A stretch of DNA of 62,819 nt, filler included. It is 9 parts of 9 records of this genome, joined end to end, with 100 filler letters (N's around TTAATTAATTAA, not from the genome) between each part and the next. Parts side by side here need not be neighbours in the genome. Positions count along the whole stretch, not along the records: positions 28,018 to 35,144 come from SRR31147125_19802; positions 35,245 to 40,271 come from SRR31147125_19857; positions 40,372 to 48,478 come from SRR31147125_19877; 6 more parts are not named here. One strand, 5' to 3'. Below, in pieces: positions 29,649 through 40,714 of this stretch. Below the pieces are notes generated by a model. The model did no database searches and had not been told where the DNA came from. It saw only the letters and a list, made by a program, of their open reading frames with translations. Positions within the stretch are counted from its first letter, which is position 1. Every line of letters starts with the position of its first letter. The translations under genes were made by a program, and so were the position numbers.

Positions 29649-30850
29649 TAGATGTAAAAAAAGTAAAACAAGATTTTCCAATACTCACCAATCACCCAGA
29701 ACAAATTTATCTAGATTCAGCTGCATCTAGTTTAAAAACAAAGTCTGTGATTGATTTGATTGATTACTATTATGATCACTTAGGTACAAATGTACATAGA
29801 GGAGCATATGATTTGTCACAACAAACGACAAACCTTTATGAAAAATCTAGAGCGAAAATTGCAAAGTTTATTCATGCTGATGTCGAAGAAGTTGTTTTCA
29901 CTAGAGGGACCACAACTGCATTAAACATGGTTGCAGGTTCTTATAGAGAAAAATTAAATCAAGGTGATGAAGTGATTACAACAGAACTAGAGCATCATTC
30001 ATCTGTGATTCCTTGGATGATGGCAACTAAAAGAAGTGGTGCAACTCTAAAATACATTCCATTAAATGATGAAGGCCGTATTACAGTAGATGCATTTAAA
30101 TCAGTACTTACTGATCAAACAAAAGTTGTTGCTATCACGTATGTTTCAAATGTAATGGGTTATATTACACCGATAAAAGAAATCATTAAACTAGCACATG
30201 AAAAAGGTGCACTTGTGATCGTTGATGCTGCTCAAGCTGCACCACATTTACAAATAGATGTTAAAGATCTTAATTGTGATTTCTTAGCATTCTCTGGCCA
30301 TAAAATGTTTGGACCTACAGGTGTTGGTATCTTATATGGAAAAAAAGATGCATTAAATGCAATAGAACCATTTGAATTTGGTGGTGAAATGGTAGATACC
30401 ATTTCAAAAGATCAATTAAAATGGCAAGAAATTCCTACTAAGTTTGAAGCGGGAACACCAGTTATAGGTGCAGCAATCGGTCTTCAAAAAGCTGTTGAAT
30501 ATATTGAATCTATTGGTTATGATGCGATTCATCAGCATACCATTAAACTTAGAGATTATACACTTAAACAATTAGAAGTACTAGATGGTATAACCATTTA
30601 TAATAAAAACGCAGATATAGGCATTATCACATTAAATATTGATGGCGTTCATCCACATGATGCAGCAACATTCTTATCTGAAAAAAATGTTGCGATTCGT
30701 GCAGGTAAGCATTGTGCACATTTAATTGCAGATCGCATGAAAATGGGAGCAACCTTAAGAGCGGCATTCCAAATATATAATGATTATCATGATTGTGATG
30801 TATTTGTAGAAACCATCAAAGAAACCAGAGATTTCTTTGCACAATTTTAG
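29645..30850 (+). CDS. sufS: Cysteine desulfurase SufS
   Basis: YLDSAA, SGHKM (PLP lysine), RAGKHCA. Confidence 0.95.
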   Translation: MIDVKKVKQDFPILTNHPEQIYLDSAASSLKTKSVIDLIDYYYDHLGTNVHRGAYDLSQQTTNLYEKSRAKIAKFIHADVEEVVFTRGTTTALNMVAGSYREKLNQGDEVITTELEHHSSVIPWMMATKRSGATLKYIPLNDEGRITVDAFKSVLTDQTKVVAITYVSNVMGYITPIKEIIKLAHEKGALVIVDAAQAAPHLQIDVKDLNCDFLAFSGHKMFGPTGVGILYGKKDALNAIEPFEFGGEMVDTISKDQLKWQEIPTKFEAGTPVIGAAIGLQKAVEYIESIGYDAIHQHTIKLRDYTLKQLEVLDGITIYNKNADIGIITLNIDGVHPHDAATFLSEKNVAIRAGKHCAHLIADRMKMGATLRAAFQIYNDYHDCDVFVETIKETRDFFAQF

Positions 30851-30853
30851 GAA

Positions 30854-31309
30854 GTGACCACATTGAATTTAGAAACACTCTATAGACAAGTTATCATGGA
30901 TCATTACAAAAGACCAAGAAATAAAGGTTTAGTCAATGATGCAACATATATAACTATACATTTAAATAATCCCAGTTGTGGCGATGAATTAACCGTACAA
31001 CTAAAAGTGGATGAAAATAAACAAATAATTGATGTTAAACATGAGGGTGCAGGTTGTTCAATTTGTTGCTCAAGTGCATCTGTGATGAGTGAAACACTCA
31101 AAAATAAGTCACTAGATGAAGCAGAAAACATCATACATGAATTTTATGAATTAATTAAAGGATATCCCTTTAGAAAAGATATTTTAAAAGGGGATGCCAT
31201 TGTATATCAAGGTGTTTCACAGTTTCCCGCAAGAATTAAATGTGCAACATTGGCGTGGAAAGCAGTGGAACAAGGTATAATAAAAACAAAGGAGGAAGAA
31301 AGCAAATGA
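30854..31309 (+). CDS. sufU: SufU/NifU-type sulfur transfer protein
   Basis: NPSCGD, GCSIC, RIKCATL. Confidence 0.95.
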   Translation: MTTLNLETLYRQVIMDHYKRPRNKGLVNDATYITIHLNNPSCGDELTVQLKVDENKQIIDVKHEGAGCSICCSSASVMSETLKNKSLDEAENIIHEFYELIKGYPFRKDILKGDAIVYQGVSQFPARIKCATLAWKAVEQGIIKTKEEESK

Positions 31310-32718
31310 TGGATGATAATAAAAAGAAGATAGATGCCATTGTCGGTGACTATAAATTTGGATTCAAAACAGAAGTTAAAGATATTGTTAACACCGGTAA
31401 AGGTATAAATGAAGACGTGATTCGTGCAATCAGTGCTTATAAAAATGAGCCAGAATGGATGCTTGAAATCCGTTTAAAAGCTTTTAAAAAGTTTTTAGAA
31501 TTAGAAAATCCTTCATGGGGTCCAGACCTCTCTTTCATCGATTTTGATGAATTTACATATTTCTTAAGAGCATCAGAACGTGCAGAAACAAGTTGGGATG
31601 AAGTGCCAGATTCAATTCGTGACACATTCGAAAAACTTGGTATACCAGAAGCGGAAAGAAATTTCTTAGCTGGTGTTTCTACACAATTTGAAAGTGAAGT
31701 TGTTTATCACAATACAATGAAGGAATTAGAAGATTTAGGTGTTATCTATGTGGATACTGATACAGCTTTAAGAGAATATCCAGAATTAGTTAAAGAATAC
31801 TTTGGAACAATGATTCCATATAGTGATAATAAATATGCAGCTTTAAATACAGCTGTATGGAGTGGTGGGTCATTTATTTATGTACCTAAAGGTGTTAAAG
31901 TACCTAAACCGCTACAATCATATTTTAGAATTAACTCAGATCAAATGGGTCAATTTGAAAGAACATTAATCATCGTTGATGAAGGTGCACAAGTAAACTA
32001 TGTTGAAGGATGTACTGCGCCAACTTACTCAAGAGATTCACTACATGCAGCAATTGTTGAAATTGCAGTTAAAAAAGATGCAACATGTCGTTATACAACG
32101 ATTCAAAATTGGTCAAATAACGTGATCAACTTAGTAACTAAACGCGCATTTGTTTATGAAAATGGACATATGGAATGGATTGATGGAAACATTGGTTCAA
32201 ATGTGAACATGAAATACCCTGCATGTATTTTGCTAGGTGAACGTGCAAAAGGAACAACAATTTCTATTGCGTTCGCAGGTAAAGGTCAAATCCAAGATGC
32301 TGGTGCCAAAATGATTCATGTTGCCCCTAATACAACTTCTACGATTATTTCTAAATCAATTTCACGTGGTGGAGGATCTGTTAACTACCGTGGTAAAGTT
32401 GACTTTGGTAAAAAAGCAAAAGGTGCGAAAGCACATGTTGAATGTGACACCATTATTTTAGATGATTATTCATTTAGTGACACCATTCCAACAAATGTCG
32501 TGAAAAACAGTGATGTATTCTTAGAACATGAAGCGACTGTTTCTAAAATCAGCGAAGAACAATTATATTATTTAATGAGTCGTGGTATTTCTGAAGAAGA
32601 AGCGACTGAAATGATTGTGATGGGCTTTATTGAACCATTTGCAAAAGAATTGCCGATGGAATATGCGATTGAATTAAATCAACTCATCAAACTTGAGATG
32701 GAAGGTTCAATTGGATAA
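31306..32718 (+). CDS. sufB: Fe-S assembly protein SufB
   Basis: [33 protein letters not shown]. Confidence 0.97.
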   Translation: MMDDNKKKIDAIVGDYKFGFKTEVKDIVNTGKGINEDVIRAISAYKNEPEWMLEIRLKAFKKFLELENPSWGPDLSFIDFDEFTYFLRASERAETSWDEVPDSIRDTFEKLGIPEAERNFLAGVSTQFESEVVYHNTMKELEDLGVIYVDTDTALREYPELVKEYFGTMIPYSDNKYAALNTAVWSGGSFIYVPKGVKVPKPLQSYFRINSDQMGQFERTLIIVDEGAQVNYVEGCTAPTYSRDSLHAAIVEIAVKKDATCRYTTIQNWSNNVINLVTKRAFVYENGHMEWIDGNIGSNVNMKYPACILLGERAKGTTISIAFAGKGQIQDAGAKMIHVAPNTTSTIISKSISRGGGSVNYRGKVDFGKKAKGAKAHVECDTIILDDYSFSDTIPTNVVKNSDVFLEHEATVSKISEEQLYYLMSRGISEEEATEMIVMGFIEPFAKELPMEYAIELNQLIKLEMEGSIG

Positions 32719-32728
32719 TTAAAAACGT

Positions 32729-32752
32729 AAAAGGGGTTTTACCCCTTTTTTT
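32729..32752 (+). terminator. Terminator of the suf operon
   Basis: AAAAGGGGT-TTT-ACCCCTTTTTTT. Confidence 0.75.
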
Positions 32753-32808
32753 GTATTTATAAGTTTATAATTAAGATAAAACATAGTAAAATATGATTAG
32801 GTGATTGC

Positions 32809-33597
32809 ATGAAGAAAATAAAAATGATCATCATATCTTTATTGCTTGTTCTGATGTTGTCAAGTTGTAGTAATGAGTCATATGAAGATTTATATGATGT
32901 TTATACAACGCATTTAGAAGATCAAAAAGATACATATGATGCATATATCGATTATGTGAATATGATTTCAAGTGACGGCATAAAAGCTGTTGTTTTTATC
33001 GAATCACATTTTTATAGTGAAGGTATTAAGAATAATGGATCAGGAGCAATCATTAAAAGTGATGACACCTATGATTATATATTAACCAATCATCATGTTG
33101 TTACTTATCAAGGGGACGAACCTGATCGTATATATATTACAAATTACTTAAATGAAGAACAAGAAGGTCAAATATTGTTTCTAGATGCTACATATGATTT
33201 ATGTTTAATAAGAATGAATAAAACATCAACATTAGGTGTTTTTGATATCAATAGCGATTTGATTAATGATAGTGCACATTTAATTAACATTGGATACCCA
33301 GATGGACAAAATCACGCGATTTCAATGGGTTACTTTGTCGAATATAATCAGATTTCAGTGAATGATGTTTCATCTACTGTGAATATGGTGACATTTGATG
33401 TATTGATAACAAGTGTACCCGTAAAAAGTGGCAGTAGTGGGAGTGCATTGCTTAATCAAGACTTAGAACTTGTAGGTCTTATTTACGCTGCCAGATTTAC
33501 CGATGATGAATTATCAATTTATGCATATGCTATCCCAAGCGAAAAAATTATTGAATTTTTAACATTAAATGATTTTGAGGTTCGTACACATGAATAA
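32809..33597 (+). CDS. Trypsin-like (S1C/HtrA-type) serine protease lipoprotein
   Basis: Lipobox LSSC; triad TNHHV, DLCLI, GSSGS. Confidence 0.85.
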   Translation: MKKIKMIIISLLLVLMLSSCSNESYEDLYDVYTTHLEDQKDTYDAYIDYVNMISSDGIKAVVFIESHFYSEGIKNNGSGAIIKSDDTYDYILTNHHVVTYQGDEPDRIYITNYLNEEQEGQILFLDATYDLCLIRMNKTSTLGVFDINSDLINDSAHLINIGYPDGQNHAISMGYFVEYNQISVNDVSSTVNMVTFDVLITSVPVKSGSSGSALLNQDLELVGLIYAARFTDDELSIYAYAIPSEKIIEFLTLNDFEVRTHE

Positions 33598-34303
33598 ATC
33601 TGTTTTTATTTTAATTTGCTTGTCCATTTTAGGGATTATAATTTTTTCAGTCCTCACATATGAAGCGCCTACTGAAGCATATATCGACTTAAAATCTCAA
33701 TTTGAAACATATTTGGACCACGATTTGTCATCAGATGATCAATTAATTAAATATATGAATACACTCAACTTTGATCATAGTTTGGAAAATGTTGCTATCA
33801 CTTATGAAACTGGTGATGAAACATGGCATCAATCAGGTATCATTGTTGATATGAGTGGTATCAATGTTTATGTCTTAACGCAATATTTTGAATTAGAAGA
33901 TGAAGATGATCTCATTTATGTGATTGATTATAAAAATCATTCAAACACAGGACAAATTGTAGCATCGAGTGAACAATATCCTGTGATGTTATTAAAGTTT
34001 ACTTCATTTGATGTAAGTGATTTATCGTCAGTGGTGATGACTGATGTTATGCCATTAAGTGGGGAAATTGTATCAAGTATATCCAGTTTAGATCTGTCTT
34101 TTCATCAACCTTTATTAGGACGCTTTGGTTCTAGTGATGATGATATTTATTATGATATGGAGATGATCGAAAATATAGGGGTTCTTGGATCATCAGTTTA
34201 TGATATCAATCATCGATTAGTAGGCATGCGAGTATATCATGATAATGAAATTGTTGTGATAGCTATCGATGTACTAAAAGATTTTATTTCTGAAAACACA
34301 TAA
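33590..34303 (+). CDS. Degenerate trypsin-like paralogue, membrane anchored
   Basis: Same fold pattern (SGIIV, YVLT, GSSVYD...LVGM) but catalytic His, Asp and Ser positions are substituted. Confidence 0.6.
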   Translation: MNKSVFILICLSILGIIIFSVLTYEAPTEAYIDLKSQFETYLDHDLSSDDQLIKYMNTLNFDHSLENVAITYETGDETWHQSGIIVDMSGINVYVLTQYFELEDEDDLIYVIDYKNHSNTGQIVASSEQYPVMLLKFTSFDVSDLSSVVMTDVMPLSGEIVSSISSLDLSFHQPLLGRFGSSDDDIYYDMEMIENIGVLGSSVYDINHRLVGMRVYHDNEIVVIAIDVLKDFISENT

Positions 34304-34322
34304 TAAGCAAGGGAGTATATGT

Positions 34323-34901
34323 ATGTTTAACTATTTAATTATAGAAACTAAAGAAAATATAAGCGATGTTAAACATTTAGTCATTGATGTGATGGCAAGT
34401 CTTATTGATGTGAAAAGAGTGATTGATTCAGATCATAGGCTTTTTATCATATTTGATCATGATGCAGATGTGTTATTTGATGATGTTATTCATAATTTAG
34501 CCATGGATTTATATATGGATATTAGATTGTATGTATCATATACATTTCAGGATGAGGTGTTTATGATAAAACATAGAGATTTTATTCAAAAATTATTAAA
34601 AGATATACCTTTTAATCGCTACACATATTTAGATGATGAAATGATAGCAAAACATATGATGACAAAAATAGAAAAAAATGATTATCAATTTTTCTTAAGA
34701 AACTATGTCCATGATGATATGATGCTAAAAACGGTAAAAACTTATTTAGAATCAAATCAAAACATGAGTGTCGCAGCCAAAAAACTATATGTACATCGCA
34801 ATACCATGATGCAACGTATTGATAAATTTATTGACGCGACAGGTTTTGATATTAAAACTTTTGTTTCCGCAAGTATTATTTATTATTTTTTAACACACTA
34901 A
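34323..34901 (+). CDS. PucR/CdaR-family HTH regulator
   Basis: C-terminal NMSVAAKKLYVHRNTMMQRIDKF. Confidence 0.8.
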   Translation: MFNYLIIETKENISDVKHLVIDVMASLIDVKRVIDSDHRLFIIFDHDADVLFDDVIHNLAMDLYMDIRLYVSYTFQDEVFMIKHRDFIQKLLKDIPFNRYTYLDDEMIAKHMMTKIEKNDYQFFLRNYVHDDMMLKTVKTYLESNQNMSVAAKKLYVHRNTMMQRIDKFIDATGFDIKTFVSASIIYYFLTH

Positions 34902-34904
34902 AAT

Positions 34905-34921
34905 ATGTGCACCATGCACAT
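34905..34921. promoter_or_regulatory. Palindrome upstream of the sugar ABC ATPase (operator or terminator)
   Basis: ATGTGCA-CCA-TGCACAT followed by a T-run. Confidence 0.4.
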
Positions 34922-34982
34922 TTTTTTTATGGATCAATTTTGTTACAATAAGAACGTATAAATGTATAAAAGGAGAAAAATT

Positions 34983-35144
34983 ATGGCAACGTTACAATTA
35001 AAAGATATTAACAAAGTATACCCTAATGGTGTACAAGCAGTATTTGATTTTAACTTACAAATTAGAGACAAAGAGTTTATCGTGTTTGTTGGACCTTCAG
35101 GATGCGGGAAATCAACAACACTTAGAATGATTGCAGGTCTTGAA
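34983..35144 (+). CDS. MsmK/MalK-type sugar ABC ATPase (3' truncated)
   Basis: [25 protein letters not shown]. Confidence 0.9.
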
Positions 35145-35244
35145 NNNNNNNNNNNNNNNNNNNNNNNNNNNNNNNNNNNNNNNNNNNNTTAATTAATTAA
35201 NNNNNNNNNNNNNNNNNNNNNNNNNNNNNNNNNNNNNNNNNNNN
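35145..35244. other. Artificial contig linker
   Basis: N-run, TTAATTAATTAA, N-run. Confidence 0.99.
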
Positions 35245-37101
35245 AAAATAATAACTTTGCAGCCGTACATGAAAGAAACTGATGTTTTAAAATACATCAG
35301 GCAGACCACCCAAGGCAAAGAAATAATAGAAAAAGCAGGAAATCCGCCCCTTGCTGTAATATCCAGCCTTAGCAAGGCGCTGAGCTTGGTTGAACAGAAT
35401 TCTGTTTTAACGGCGGATGATTTAAACTATGTCAATCAATTCATTATAACATGCAAGAGGATGAAGACGTATTTGAAAAAATGTAAATATGAAGCGCCAG
35501 AAATATCATCATATGCAGGCTCGATTTATGATTTGGATATTTTAAGTGATGAGATTACAACGAGTATAAGAGGAAGCAAGATTGACGATAAGGCATCTGC
35601 CCAGCTTTCCGGCATCCGCAGAAAAATAATGCAAACGGAAGAGCAGATTAAGATAAAAGTGAATCAAGCATTAAGCAGCAACAGAAATTATTTAAGCGAG
35701 AACTTTGTATCGTATAGAAATGGTTATTATACGCTGCCGGTAAAAGCCCAGTTTAAAAACAAAATTAAAGGCAATGTAATTGATATGTCAGGAAGCGGAG
35801 CGACGTATTTTATTGAACCTGCGGCTGTTGCCAATCTGCAGAGTAAGATGGGGATTTTAGGAATTGAGGAGGAAAACGAAGTCAGGCGAATTCTTTGGAC
35901 TTTGACGGAGCTGGTGGAGGAACACCTTGGTCAAATAAAAATAAACATTGAGGCAATGGAAATTCTTGATTTTATATTCGCCAAGGCAAAGCTTAGCCTA
36001 AAAATGAAGGGTATTCCTGCAAATGTGACTACCACGCCTAAAATAGCTATTGAAGGCGGAAAACATCCATTTATCAGCGAAGATGATGTAGTGCCGCTGG
36101 ATTTTGAAATGAATAGTAATGACAGAAGATGTGTTGTGATTACAGGACCAAATACAGGAGGTAAAACTGTAGTATTAAAAACTGTAGGATTATTTTCGTT
36201 AATGACCCAATGCGGGCTGCATATACCTGCTGACAGTGCGACATTTTGTATGCACAACATGGTGCTGTGCGACATTGGAGACGGACAAAGCATCACTGAA
36301 AATTTATCTACATTTTCTTCTCATATAACAAATATTATTGAGATAATAAAAAATGCGGATGAACAGTCTCTTGTTATTTTGGACGAATTAGGATCCGGCA
36401 CAGATCCGGCAGAAGGCATGGGCATTGCAATTGCAATACTTGAGGAATTAGCTAAGAAAAATTGTCTGCTGCTGGCGACGACTCACTACCCTGAAATTAA
36501 GAACTTTGCTAAAGAGACTGAAGGTTTTATCAATGCGCGAATGGCTTTTGACAAAGAAAACATGAAACCAATGTACAAACTGGAAATCGGAGAAGTAGGA
36601 GAAAGCTGTGCATTATACATTGCAAAAAGGCTGGGGCTTGCTCAAACAATTATTGCAAGAGCATATGAGGCGGCATATAAGCAAGCTAATTTTGAAAATG
36701 CAAAAAAGCTCTACGATGAAGAATTGCTTAAAAAATCCAGCAGTGAGGAAAAAGAAAGCCCTGTAATAAAAAAAACAATACAGAAAAAAGACGATAAAAT
36801 TGAAAAACAAAAAAAGCTGGAAAACAAATTTAACATAGGAGATGCGGTTTCGGTATATCCTGACAAGCAAATAGGCGTGGTGTATCAGAAGGCAAATGCA
36901 AAAGGTGAATTTGGCGTTATGATAAAAAAAGAAAAGTTATTAATTAATCATAAGAGACTGAAATTGCTGGTACCTGCCAGTGAATTATATCCGGAAGATT
37001 ATGATATGAGCATTGTGTTTGATACGGTAGAAAACCGAAAAGCACGTCATAAAATGGAGAAGAGGCATGACCCGAATTTGGTGGTCAAAATAAGGGAATA
37101 G
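35245..37101 (+). CDS. MutS2-like ATPase without Smr domain (probably 5' truncated)
   Basis: ITGPNTGGKT, LSTFSSH, DELGSGTDP, ATTH. Confidence 0.85.
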   Translation, partial: KIITLQPYMKETDVLKYIRQTTQGKEIIEKAGNPPLAVISSLSKALSLVEQNSVLTADDLNYVNQFIITCKRMKTYLKKCKYEAPEISSYAGSIYDLDILSDEITTSIRGSKIDDKASAQLSGIRRKIMQTEEQIKIKVNQALSSNRNYLSENFVSYRNGYYTLPVKAQFKNKIKGNVIDMSGSGATYFIEPAAVANLQSKMGILGIEEENEVRRILWTLTELVEEHLGQIKINIEAMEILDFIFAKAKLSLKMKGIPANVTTTPKIAIEGGKHPFISEDDVVPLDFEMNSNDRRCVVITGPNTGGKTVVLKTVGLFSLMTQCGLHIPADSATFCMHNMVLCDIGDGQSITENLSTFSSHITNIIEIIKNADEQSLVILDELGSGTDPAEGMGIAIAILEELAKKNCLLLATTHYPEIKNFAKETEGFINARMAFDKENMKPMYKLEIGEVGESCALYIAKRLGLAQTIIARAYEAAYKQANFENAKKLYDEELLKKSSSEEKESPVIKKTIQKKDDKIEKQKKLENKFNIGDAVSVYPDKQIGVVYQKANAKGEFGVMIKKEKLLINHKRLKLLVPASELYPEDYDMSIVFDTVENRKARHKMEKRHDPNLVVKIRE

Positions 37102-37132
37102 ATATAATATATTAAATATGTACCCAAAAGGA

Positions 37133-37164
37133 TTAGCCTCTTCTTGTGCTATAGAAGAGGCTAA
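37133..37164. terminator. Hairpin terminator
   Basis: TTAGCCTCTTCT-8nt-AGAAGAGGCTAA. Confidence 0.65.
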
Positions 37165-37248
37165 GTCTTATTTAGATTTAAGTGGATTTTTAATATTTTT
37201 ATATTACCACTTATCAGCATGCAAAACATCATCAAGCATAATTTCCTT

Positions 37249-37548
37249 TTAAGAAATAATTTTAGTTGATGGTGATTTATAGCCCAAAGGCATAATACAG
37301 GCGACTTCAAAACCGTCGGGGATGCCAAGAACTTCTTTGTGCTTTGGAATAGCTTCAAGATACATTTTTTTCGCAAGGTCGTCATAGCTGCTAAAAGAGT
37401 TTTTAATATCGTTGGTTTCAGTTGCGCTCATCTTTTCGGTTCGGGGCAGAGCAATACGCACTTTTTCGTTATTTACTAAAATAAAATGCCACTGCTTCAG
37501 ATGGTTATAACTGGGAGAGGGAAATAAAAAGACGGTATTATTCCCCAA
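37249..37548 (-). pseudogene. Nitroreductase remnant (N-terminus and middle deleted)
   Basis: PSYNHLKQWHFILV and KEVLGIPDGFEVACIMPLGY motifs lie close together without the core. Confidence 0.6.
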
Positions 37549-37718
37549 ATAGCCAAGGGAGAATAGAAAAGCAAAAAATAATTACTATCTATATTAATAT
37601 AACACTATATAGAATATAATATAATTTTCTCAATAGATAAGAAAATAACGAAACTGTGATTTTTTACCCATTTAAAATTTATAGTTATTGAAAATTAAAT
37701 ATGATATAATCACCTTAT

Positions 37719-39931
37719 ATGAAAAAGCTAATTATATTATTATTAATAATTGCGGTAATAAACATACCTGCGTATTTAGTGCTGAGCACTAAAACCACAC
37801 AGGACGATTTTTATATTCAGCTTAATGAATTTACCAGTTTGCTGAATCAAAAAGAATATGAGCAGGTAAAGCTTATTTATGAGCAATCATCAAATACACT
37901 AAAGGCTAATTATAATATCAGCCTTGATTCCTATGCGCAGACTTTAATAGAGGAAGCAAAAAATGAAGACACCACACAGGAGGCTTTGGATTTGCTTTAT
38001 TCTTATGAAGATATAGGATATCAAAGTACGGAAATTGACAATGCGATACTGCATTATGAGGATTTGCTCCAGTCGAATTATATTTTTGAAAAGGGTTTGG
38101 AGTACTATAATAACAGTGACTTTGAAAGTGCAATTGAGTGCTTTAGCGATGTGTTGGAATATGATGAAAACTATGAACTGGCTCAGGAATATATAAATAG
38201 TTACCAAGAGGATACTCTGGCATGGAAAGAGGCGGCGGATAATAATAGCTACGGCAGGTCGCCCTATCCAAACTCCATAGCTTATCAGGATCTCTATATA
38301 TATGTGCCGTATAAATTTAACGATTCTATCGCTATACTGAAAATAAATACATCTACCTATACTATACTATCCTTTCCCATAGTATCTAATGAAAACGGCG
38401 CAGAGGTATCCAACATTAATATAGTGGGTGAGTATATGTTCTTTTTAATTGAGCAGAATAATCCTTCATTAGTGGATAACAGCACTGAATGCGCAGTATA
38501 CAGAATGACAACTAGCGGCAAAGATTTGGTTAAAGTTACAGACTGCGATTATACTTACCTGTTAAGCTACAGAGATGAGTTCTATGCCATTTCCAAATCA
38601 AAGGGTATAGTCAAAATGGATAATCATTTTGTTGAAGAGGAAGTTTTGATTGAAAGCGATAGTGAAATTACCCAAATGCAGCTGGTCGATGAAGGAATAT
38701 ATTATACTTCTAGAAATCAAGATGATGATTTAAGCACCGTGTATTTTTATGACGGGGAAACAAGCGAAAAAATTATGCAGGAAGTAAATGTGCATTATTA
38801 TGATTACGGTGACGATAATATAATATATTATGACTCAAATGCATTTTATGAATATTTATATCACGAGGATATGTCCGCAGGAAATGCAAATAACAACCAG
38901 ATATATGCAGGTGATATGTATAAGTATTACGGAAAGCTGAATGACAGTGTAATATTTACATTTTTAGGTGATTATCAACAGGAATGTATAAGGGTTAAAG
39001 ACATAGTAAAATTCAAAACTACATATAAAGCATCTGCAAGTGAAATATCGTATGTACCGATTGGCATATGCTATGATGAAGGAGTGATACTTTTAAAATC
39101 CGACAGCGGAATATCAATAACCACGGAAGATATGAGGATACAGCAGACCATATCACTGCCGCATGTAAACAACTCCGTTTTATCGGAAAATCAGGAAAAA
39201 TAGGACTGGCTGATGAAGACAGCTATTTTTCCGAAGAAGCAGTTACTTTAAATGATGAAAGCAGATGGATTTATTCGGATGAGAATGTAAATATAAGCAC
39301 GGAGGAAGTGTATTTAGACAGTATAGAGAGCACAGTTTACATTTCACATATTTATACTAAAGATTATAAATGGCTGGAAGTTGAGACCATAGATAAACTA
39401 ACAAAGCCAATAGATGCGGATGATAACATAGTGTGGGCTATATCCGGACAATTCTACAATGCAGAGCCGACCTTGATAAACGAAACAACAGGATTTTTAA
39501 ACAGCGATGTGTATGCATATAATGACGACGGAATGTTTTTGGCCTATAGAGCGGACAATGTAGTATCCGGGGAAAAAGTGCTGTCAAATGATATAGTCTG
39601 GGTATTCTCTCAAGGTGATATTATACTGGAGGAGTATGAAATTACAGATGACTGTATTGTGAGCGGAGACTTAAGCGGACGCAGTGCAATAGGCATGGTT
39701 GAGGCGGGACACTACGTTGCAGTAGTTGCTGAAAAGTCGACCAAAAGCAACCGGGGGCTATCGTTATATTCACTTGCAAAATTAATGCAGGATGAAGGAT
39801 GCACATCTGCATTTAGCTTTGATTATAATTATGGTCCGTACTTTATATTTGAAGATGAATATATTTATGATGTATCCATAGATAGTGAGGATATAAGGAA
39901 GTATAATCAGGTATTATATTATGCTGACTAA
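37719..39931 (+). CDS. Membrane-anchored TPR / beta-propeller-like / phosphodiester-glycosidase-like protein (1-nt deletion at 39196-39200)
   Basis: Adding one A fuses ORFs 37719-39203 and 39308-39931; C-terminal RSAIG...VVAE...GLSL..LAKLM...GC..A. Confidence 0.65.
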
Positions 39932-39956
39932 TAAGAAACCAGAAAGATAATATGAA

Positions 39957-40150
39957 ATGAAATTTGAGATAGTTGAAGCTGTACCGGATATGGCATATGA
40001 AATTGAGGAAGTAAATGTTAAGCGTTAGGCAAATTAATTATTGGGCTGCAAAGCTAGATAATAAAACTATCGGACTTTTGCATCTGTGCAGGTGCAGAAA
40101 ATACAGGTGAAATAGCTGTAATTTATCTTTTGCCTGAATATTGGGCAATG
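39957..40150 (+). pseudogene. GNAT acetyltransferase remnant
   Basis: GEIAVIYLLPEYW motif with internal stop codons upstream. Confidence 0.4.
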
Positions 40151-40242
40151 GATGTTATGTTATTTTTTGATTTATCAAAGCAGTGCTCTAATAAAAATTT
40201 GCAGGATTAGTGTTAATAAGTAGTATTATTTTCAAGTGATAA

Positions 40243-40271
40243 AAAAGAGACTGGCTATGCCAGTCTCTTTT
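40243..40271. terminator. Bidirectional terminator
   Basis: AAAAGAGACTGGC-TAT-GCCAGTCTCTTTT. Confidence 0.7.
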
Positions 40272-40371
40272 NNNNNNNNNNNNNNNNNNNNNNNNNNNNN
40301 NNNNNNNNNNNNNNNTTAATTAATTAANNNNNNNNNNNNNNNNNNNNNNNNNNNNNNNNNNNNNNNNNNNN
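40272..40371. other. Artificial contig linker
   Basis: N-run, TTAATTAATTAA, N-run. Confidence 0.99.
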
Positions 40372-40714
40372 TTTTTGAAGAAATATTTTTCAATTGAACT
40401 GCTTCATCTGAGGAAAAACTTTCGTCCTGAGAAAAGAATGGAACGTTAGGAAAAAGTTCCTTCAATCTTCGCTCAAAACCTTTGACCACCGGCATCATTC
40501 GGCCTTCTTTTCCTTCAGTGTTATATGGATAACCAATGACGAAAGCTGAAACATCAAAGTCTTTGATATTATTTGACAATTTCTCAAGATCATCGACTAT
40601 GGATTCTTTTCTGACAACAGTTGTGAGGGGGGTTGGAATTAACCAGGTAGGATCAGTTACCGCAAGACCAATATATTTTATTCCGACATCAATGGAAACA
40701 ACTCTTTTTGTCAT
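40372..40714 (-). CDS. yqgF: YqgF/RuvX pre-16S rRNA nuclease (3' truncated)
   Basis: IDVGIKYIGLAVTD, VIGYP, DESFSS. Confidence 0.9.

Noticed and set aside
28018-32718. suf operon as novel
   Set aside because: It is the canonical Firmicutes/Mollicutes sufCDSUB arrangement.
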